64,000 nucleotides of DNA from Macrostomum lignano (taxonomy: Eukaryota): assembly GCA_002269645.1 (NCBI GenBank), contig NIVC01002993.1, positions 75,451-139,450 of the forward strand, read 5' to 3'. Under the pieces are notes generated by a model that was not told the DNA's origin, did no database searches, and saw only the letters and a list, made by a program, of their open reading frames with translations. Shown here piece by piece: positions 55,754 to 64,000 of this stretch (the first letter of the stretch is position 1; each line of letters begins with the position of its first letter). The translations under genes were made by a program, and so were the position numbers.

Positions 55754-56774
55754 GATGAATGCTTGGATTAAGCGCTTAACGCGCCTGCACTAATGTTAAT
55801 AATGAACAAATTATCGAGAGAAGTTATCGTGGAAAATAATGAACTGAACTGGATGACACTTGAAACGAATCAACCCCAATGGCTTGCCGATTGCTTATAG
55901 TAATAATAATTTTGGCAATCTTGCTAGGTAAAATAAAATTTACAATCCTGATGTGATATGCTAATATTTTACTGTTTACTTGGTCCTAATCCTAACGACT
56001 GGCGCTTTAGATCGAAGCAGGAACACTACGGAGACCTTTTATACAATAATCTGAGTAGGGGAGAGAGAACTATTGAGAAAATGATAGAGAGAGAGAGAAG
56101 CCCGGCACTGGAGCGGTGCAGGGGGGGGGGGCGGCCAGCCAATAGCCACCAGTTAGCCAAGGACAGATTTTTTATAGATTGGCGGAGGGTGGGTTGGAGA
56201 AACTGGGGTAACGAGGGCAGGTTGGCCAGAGACTTAACGGGGAGGCAAGCGACGGAGGAAGCTGTAGGGGATAAAGAAGGCTGGCCCGCTAAAAATGGGG
56301 AGATATAGACGTGCTGTGCACTTTTCCAGCACAAGTGGAATGCGGGCTCCGGCTAGGGAGTGAGAAGTAGGAAGTAAAGAATACAAGCTAATAGAGTAGA
56401 AAAGTGCTTAGTGTATTTAGTAGTATAATCGATAACATTCTGCCTAGCTAATACTTGAAAAAGCCTATTAATAAAGCAAAGCAACTTACCTGAACCAGAA
56501 TTTGGCCAAGACGTCAATCGATAGAGCTATTTTCCTCGGTAGAAAAACCCTTAAGATCTTATGCAGAAAAGATAGTGAGCACGATTCTCATAGCAAGTGG
56601 CATGAAAGGTTCAATAAAAAGTTAGAACCAACCATCTTCATAACGCCTGATTTCCTCAGTGTTGGGCATCGTTAATGAAAATATATAATTTCTGCTAATA
56701 CCTAAATCATTAGAGTTAAAATAAAAATAATTAGGCAATTCGAAGTTTAGTTCTTAGAAAGTTTAGGCGTCGCA

Positions 56775-57160
56775 CGGTTTAGGTCTCATGAAGTTTGGGT
56801 CTTACGAAGCTTAGATCTGATGAAGATAGGTCTCATGAAGTTTTATAGGTCTCATGAAGTTTAGGTCTCATGAAGTTTAGGTCTCATGAAGTTTAGGTCT
56901 CATGAAGTTTAGGTCTCATGAAGTTTAGGTCTCATGAGGTTTAGGTATTATGAAGTTTAGGTCTCATGAAGCTTAGGCATTATGAAGTTTAGGTCTCATG
57001 AAGCTTAGGTGCTATGAAGTTTAGGTCTCATGAAGCTTAGGTGTTTTGAAGTTTAGGTCTCATGAAGCTTAGGTGTTTTGAAGTTTAGGTCTCATGAAGC
57101 TTAGGTGTTATGAAGTTTAGGTCTCATGAAGTTTAGGTATTATGAGGTTTAGTTCTTAAA
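56775..57160. repeat. 16-bp minisatellite
   Basis: gtctcatgaagtttag units. Confidence 0.88.
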
Positions 57161-60100
57161 AAGTTTAATTCTTAGATAGTTAGGTCTTATAAACAGGAAC
57201 GAATAGTTTATGAATAAAATTACATAAATTCAGATTCGAAGCTTTATATTAGAATTATATTTTAAAAAAACAGAGCCTAGCCAGTCTCACTGCAATGAAC
57301 ACCACTAATACTCGTATAATTGCACTCAGTAACCTTTACAACTTAGTCAGACAGGTAGTACAATAATGTCGGTCCCAAGCCCCAGGCTAGTGAGATATGG
57401 TCAGAAAAAAAAGAATAATTTTATTAATAAAATTAAAGGCGCACCAAAAACCCCGACACTCGGTTTGCATTCCATCTGCAAGAAAGCCTAAAGATTCTAG
57501 CGGCAGGCCAAGCAAGCGGATTCGTACTAGAGGGCTTTGAAATAAAATTTGCACTTTGCGCTATATATAACATTATATCTACATAGCTTACATACCATTA
57601 AAGCGTATCCCCTTACCCCACACACGATTCCCTATAATTCTCTATCTTGTGCGCGAGCAATTTTTTTTAAACTCGTGCACTTCAAATTCCAAAGCCTGTC
57701 AGCTTGTCCGCCCACGGATTATATTTAAGGACTGAAACGGACATGGAACTTTAAATATTATTCTCCTCTGGGTGAGACGGGCTTTGGTCGATACTTAGCA
57801 ACAGCTAGTGCGTTTTATGCATGCAAAAGTGACGTCATTCAGATCACCAGCCTGTTAAAGAACTCTTGGGGGCAGCTAATGCCCAGGCGTTCATAACCAC
57901 CAGCATTCTGCGGGCCAAGTATGCTGAACTCTGCTTTATGAAGTCCCAGACATGCTTGATGAGGGCTTACCATTGCGCAACACAGCAACCAGCGGGTTGC
58001 GTTGTGCCGACCCGGGACCCACCCCCATGCCGTACTTTGCGCTGGCGCCCTGACACGTGAGGGCGTAGCCGGGAGGGGGAGCAAGGAGGCCAAACAGCTA
58101 GCAAAAGTACATGACATCCCCTATGGGTTAGAAAAAGTACATGGCGTCCACCCAATGAAAGCTTCCAATAGCTGAGCGAGACTATATGATGCCTTGATGG
58201 TTTAGCTTCTGTTGAGTACGAGTAAAGTGCATCAGTGAACTGTACTGGACTATACTTCAGGTCCCGACTGCATTGTGTGTATCGCATATACACTTTTGAG
58301 ATAGAGCGAATGATAAAATGACTTGAAAAACATTTCAAGCCAGCCTCGTAGGCACAGTAGAGGTTAAAAAAAGTCTAGTCACGAGATCCCGTGGGAGGGA
58401 GGGGTTAAAGGCCGATACAACACCCGTACACGCACAGACGATCGCATGCTCAGGCATTTCTCCCAGGGCTCTTTCTTTTTGCAGAACAAAACATGTTTTC
58501 CAATTTACAAAGCCTATTCAGCTAAAGAACAGCGACAGAGATCAAAACACGACTGATGAAGTTCGCTCAGAACTGCATGCTATCCTAATTATAATGCGGT
58601 ACAAACAACAATATTTGCAGGAGGACTAAGAGCACCCTAGTGCAACGCTTTTGCGATGACTTAATTGTGTGGGGGTTGCCATAGCGAACAAGCCGTCCTA
58701 GTTCGCACAGACTTGAATCATGCGTAGGCGACATCGTCTCACATCAGACTGCTGAGCACATTCAAGCGCGCCAATACTGTAGGGTGTACAGCGGACCTCG
58801 GCTTTCTAATCATCGGACATCTACACCATCTGTCGTGCGATAAGGCTAATTAATTAATCATGCATTGTAAGCCTTATTCACAAGGACATACTAACCAAAA
58901 CAGCAATAAAAACTAAAGGCTAAAAGGCCTATAGAGAAATTTATATACGCAATATGCGACAGTGCACTAAAGGTCGATTAGTTAGCAGACTACCAATATG
59001 TATACATGTGCACTCCGCATCATGTTCAAGCTTCCACTGCGAAAACAGTGCTCAACAAATGGCAGCTTTTAATTCAACTCTATAGCCATAACTCTCCGCT
59101 CTCTCCTCACCTAGTGACGAGAACTGTGGGTGTGGTGTAAATTGCGTCACTTGAGGCTGAGCTCTGGGAAAAGTTCTGGTTTCAGGGTGGAAACTTTAGT
59201 TTAACGTGTTGTTGAGTATGTATACGAGTGAAGGGATATGGATAATCTGGAAAGTCAAGACGCCGATAGCAATCTATACTGAACATAGATACTAAACAAG
59301 ATTGAAAACCGCCCAAAAAAAGCTGAGGTCAATGGCTCTGCCAATGCTCTAGGGTGGCGGGTTTTCAATGCTGTTGAGTATACACACGTATATCTAGTAA
59401 ACCGAAGTCAATTACGTATGACACCGCCTGATTGCACTTTAAGGACAGAGCAAATCAGGAGGGCTATACTGCAGTAAACAGTTCAAATAGACAGATACCA
59501 CGGGGGATAGATTTCCTAATAGTAATCATCATATTTCCTACAAGACTGCTTGACAATCTCCCTTCGTTCTTTCCCTAATCAGTCCCAACCTCCTCGACCC
59601 CGAGAGCTCGAAAAGAAATCAGAGAAGCATATATTGATTAAGACTGAAAGGGCTGAAGTCAAGCGTAAACAAGGGAGCATTAGTTCCAGTCCAGGGGACG
59701 CCAGGGAAACATATTTGGATAGCGGAGTACACAAACAGTATAAGCCACTACTTTATAACTACAAGTAGTAGTGTGTGCAAAGTTATGCAAAAATTTGTTG
59801 AAACTGTAAAGTTTGATACAAGGGGGCTGTAGCATGGTGGTCTAGGGTAACACTCTTAGGGCCAAAGCCAACCCCCAAGGCACAGTGAAGTGTACATGCC
59901 TAACAATAAATATAGTTGAGCCCGCTGTACACTCCTGTGTCAGTGTGTGCCTGTGTGTATGGCTGCGTACATATCTGGATGCTTGTGACAGAATGGGCAG
60001 TAATGCCTCTTGACAGTTGTGTGACAATGTTGCTTTCTGCCTTTAATATTATTATTAAACCATTTAGTTGGTTACAGTATATTATGCTTTAGAGAACTAG

Positions 60101-63100
60101 AGTAATTGCTAGGGGAAATGGACAATTCTTTTTTTCCAAAATACAAGCCTGTCTCTTCTAGTCTTTTTAGGTCTTGGGGCATCACAGGGATCTATGTCTA
60201 GTCTAAGGCTCTCATAAGGATAGCATTGTGTATGCAGATTCAGGGGCAGATCCAGAAAAATTTTGAAAGGGGGGTGGGCAAGCTATGCTAAGCACTACAA
60301 CTCAATATTATAAAATAGACCTTGCATAGTTACAGGCCAAAAAATTATGGTCTAGATACAAATACAAAATCCCAAGTTTTGCCAATCCTATGATTCTTGG
60401 GATTGGGATATTCTAGACTTCAAATACCATGATTCTTAAGATCAGGATATCTTAGACTTTGCCAATCTTGGGATCCCAACAAATTTGACTAAGATCCTAA
60501 GATCTTGTGATCTTGGGATTAAAAAAGTTTCGAATCTTTGTTAGTGCTAAATTTGGTTTACAAAGCCATCTAATTTGATTTTAAAGGGCTTTTTTATAAT
60601 AAAAGTAGAATAAAATAAAACATTTTGCCAATTGCCATCATACTTGAATATGATGTAACTTGGAGAATGATAGCTTATAAAGCTATAGCATAGGTATTTA
60701 TATCAGGGTTTAGGGTAAAAAGGGATCAGCCTTTACTCTCTTAGGAGAATCTATCCTAGATAGAAAATTGGTGGCTTGGGTTATAGTTGAATAGCAAGGT
60801 CCTACTGTTCTAATCCCAACTATAGCTAGGGTAGTAGTCAGGTTAGCTAGGTTTAGTAGAGACTACTTAAAGTCATTCTGCTATTACCCTGCTATATTGC
60901 TATATTGGATGTCTATATTGCTATGCATCTAGCATGTCCATGGAAAAAATCATGTAATATTAATCATCATTGCAACAACTTTTATTCCACTTTCTTTCTC
61001 TTTTCCTTTTACCTATCTCATTTGTATCCTATGTTGGCCTTCTATGGGGAAAGATAGGCTGCAAGTTTGAATGTTTTTAGAAAGAGGTGGTTATATAGAT
61101 TGGATTGAAAAGAGAAAGAAAAGCCAATAAGGCAGGTTTTGGGGTGGGGAATGGAAATCTAAATTGTTAGGACAAGATTGAGGTTTTGATCATCATTAAT
61201 TGAAAAAATATTAGGTCAAAATAACTTGATGCAATTGGGGTTCTTCACTTTTTAATGTTATTGATCCCTAGGCAATTGAAAAATTTGGCTATTTGGCCCT
61301 TGCTTTGAAAAGGTTGCCAACTTATGCTATAGATACTATTATTTGAAAATCAATGACTGAATTATTGCAAAGTAGGATTATGATCCAGATGGTTAATCTC
61401 AAGATTTTTAATCTTAGGATTTAGGTCTAATAAAAATCATGGGATTTAGGTCTAATAAAAATCTTAGGATTAGGAATAATATGATTTGGGATTAATCTTA
61501 GGATTCCAAGATCTTAGGATTTGAAGATTATATTCTTTTTAAAACACTATTAGAGATAAAATAGATAAATGGACTTGATATAAACTATTTTATTAGCATT
61601 AATCAACATAATAGTTTGCTAGGCCTAATCTAGGTGCTATAATATATATTAAAAATATATTTATAGATCTTATTATATAGAATTTATTTCTAACCTTTTT
61701 AAAGTAGGCCTATAATAAGATTTATGGCTTTAATAAAGTGAATATTTAAGTCAAATGATATTGTACAATCCTAATTTACCTTGCTTTATAAGCTTACATT
61801 CTATTAATTCTAAAACTTTATAAAACTATTTATTATAGGGCCTATTAACTAAAGTGAGATAAAATATATATAATATTGATATTTTACCTTGAAACTAAAA
61901 TGTCCTAGACTCCTAGGCCCTATTTAGTTTTTCAAAAAATATATTAGTCTAATTTCTTTCCTTGATATAAAATAAAGATTGACAGGCTTAACTTTTATAT
62001 AATTGAATACTATTAGTATTAGGCATAAAAGGTTAAATGAAATTAGTCACTTATAGCTATAAATCCATAGTCCATTTTGTTACAGTTATGCTAAAAATCT
62101 CTTACATAGAATAATTCTAGACAAAAATTAGCCTTGGCATAAATGCTTGGGTAAGAATTAATAGAAAATTGGATTGGCATAAATGGCTAGCGTAAAAACA
62201 ATTATAGATGATCTTTTGGCACATTTCCCTGACAAGAAATAAATGTTGACTGTGGTTTTAATGACTATAGCTTATTTCAAGTATTTGAATACAATGGAGA
62301 ATTTAAATTTAAATTTAAACAACAACATTTTTTAGTATTTGTAAAAAGTAAAACAAAGTTTAAAGTCAAAAATTGTACTGTAAAAGAAAAAACTATATTA
62401 TTATCTTTTTAAGACTTATGTTTATAAAGTTTTAATTACAATATACAAATGGAAGCATTAATAAATAAAAAAATTATGAAAAAGGAAAATGTTTGTACAA
62501 AACGCCCTACACACCCCTTAGTCTAGGCATTATGCCTAGCCTGCGATGCATAAGCCTGGCATAAGTCTGGCATAAATGATAAAATTTTATCATTTTTCCT
62601 CTCGCATAACTCAAAGCATGAAATGAACTATGGCTATGAATTTATCATATCCTCATAATTGTAACATTGATTTTATTAGAATTTATTCTAATATGCAAAT
62701 CTGTTAATATATAAAAAATTACAGAGTACTTATAGGCATAGCTATAATCATCAATATAAAATGTGTGTTCTGTAGGGCCCTCTGATAATCAAGTTGTGGC
62801 TTAGTGGGTATGTATATTGCCTTGTGAGTTGTGAGCAGCTAGGTTTGATTCCAAGTGGTCATAGTTTTTTTATTTGAATTTTTTTAGCAAACAGAAAATT
62901 TTCCATCTTGAACTTTTTAAGTTTAAAAAAATAATTAAAATAAATGAAAATAATTTTTTCAATTACATATATAATTGCAGTAGCACTTTAAAATGATTTT
63001 GTGTTACTCTTAAGAATTAATTTAATTTAATTTAAAAAAATAAAATTAAAAAAATTTCCGACTTTTTAATTGATCAATCTTTTCATCCAATTTTATGATT

Positions 63101-63233
63101 ATATATATGGCAATGGCAGCCGTGCCTATAAGCTCCAATATTAGAGACACGGCCACCCACCATCCTGTGTCTCCAAGTGTGAACCCATTCAATATTAATG
63201 ACATGGCCACCCACCGTGTCTTTAAGTGTGAAC

Positions 63234-63956
63234 TAGGGGTCACAAAATCCCGTATTCTGTCAATCCCGGAATCCTGGGATTAGGAAATGTCAAATCTCGG
63301 GATCCCTAGATTATCTCAGGATTGATATTTTCCAGTACTATCCTTGTCACAACATTGTTATAATGTCATAAAAATGCTGCGACTGACATTTTTATAACAC
63401 TTACAGTTATGGTAGGAGCTAAAAGGGTAATGCTAAGCTGGTAATACAATATATAACATTATAAAAATGATGTTATTATACTCGTAGAATATTAAATACT
63501 ACTCGTAATATCAATATTGTAATATGCATATGGGCCTATAGCTGTATGGGCCTAATGATGTATAATATATACTTGATTATGTAATGTACATGTATCACTG
63601 TGCAAAGCAATATGAATGTATACATTACATTTACAATCACAACCTACTACTGTCTGGGCAGTGGGCATTCATGTTGTCAAGGTTGTTACAACATGCATTA
63701 TGAGTTCAAAATTCAAAATCAATGCTAAATTATTTAAACAAGACTGAACTCAACATCAAAGATTATACAAAGTGGGCAATGGAGAGTGGACATGGATACA
63801 TGTATGTTCTATATTTTACCTAACTGTCTTGCTTATTGCTATTTTATTAGACATTATAAAAACATAGCATTACCTTTCTGGGATTGAATCCCGACCCTAT
63901 GAATCCCAGGATCCCATAAAAAGCCCTAATCCTAGATCCCAGGATTATGACCGCTA
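63234..63956. mobile_element. Decayed hAT-like MITE
   Basis: Imperfect TIRs (taggggtca... / ...tgaccgcta), subterminal atcccgggat-type repeats at both ends, and a decayed 8-bp flanking duplication gtgtgaac / gtgtaaaa. Confidence 0.55.
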
Positions 63957-64000
63957 GTGTAAAACCCATTCAATATTAACGACACGGCTGCCATGCAAGT

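Noticed and set aside
62795-62860. tRNA-like A box (tggcttagtgg) and B box (ggtttgattcc)
   Set aside because: Too degenerate to fold a cloverleaf; at most a decayed tRNA-derived SINE head.

Overview
Eukaryotic (animal) genomic window rich in tandem repeats. It holds two minus-strand spliced genes. TOP3B (topoisomerase III beta) has 8 exons at 908-36309 and about 857 aa. SPOP (MATH-BTB) has 7 coding exons at 40373-55753. Almost every intron carries its own mini- or microsatellite. Main surprises: (1) Bases 1 to about 5670 are complemented but not reversed. TOP3B exons 7-8 are perfect, in-phase exons only when the + strand is read backwards, which most likely reflects an assembly or data-handling error and hides the Zn-ribbon/RGG C-terminus from the ORF track. 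(2) A young Ty3/gypsy element (identical 213-bp LTRs, intact gag-PR-RT-RH ORF) lacks the integrase core and has no short TSD. It is flanked instead by ~1-kb direct repeats ending in (TAG)n, plus a linker built from LTR-end motifs, suggesting integrase-independent insertion. (3) A two-exon gene for an unrecognised secreted 6-Cys protein with a furin-type site is nested antisense in TOP3B intron 6. (4) SPOP has an in-frame polyQ/H N-terminal exon with no AUG. (5) A ~2.2-kb near CpG-free block lies at 60-62 kb. All coordinates and counts were read by eye; no searches were run. The taxon cannot be fixed from the sequence; a free-living flatworm such as Macrostomum is only a guess.
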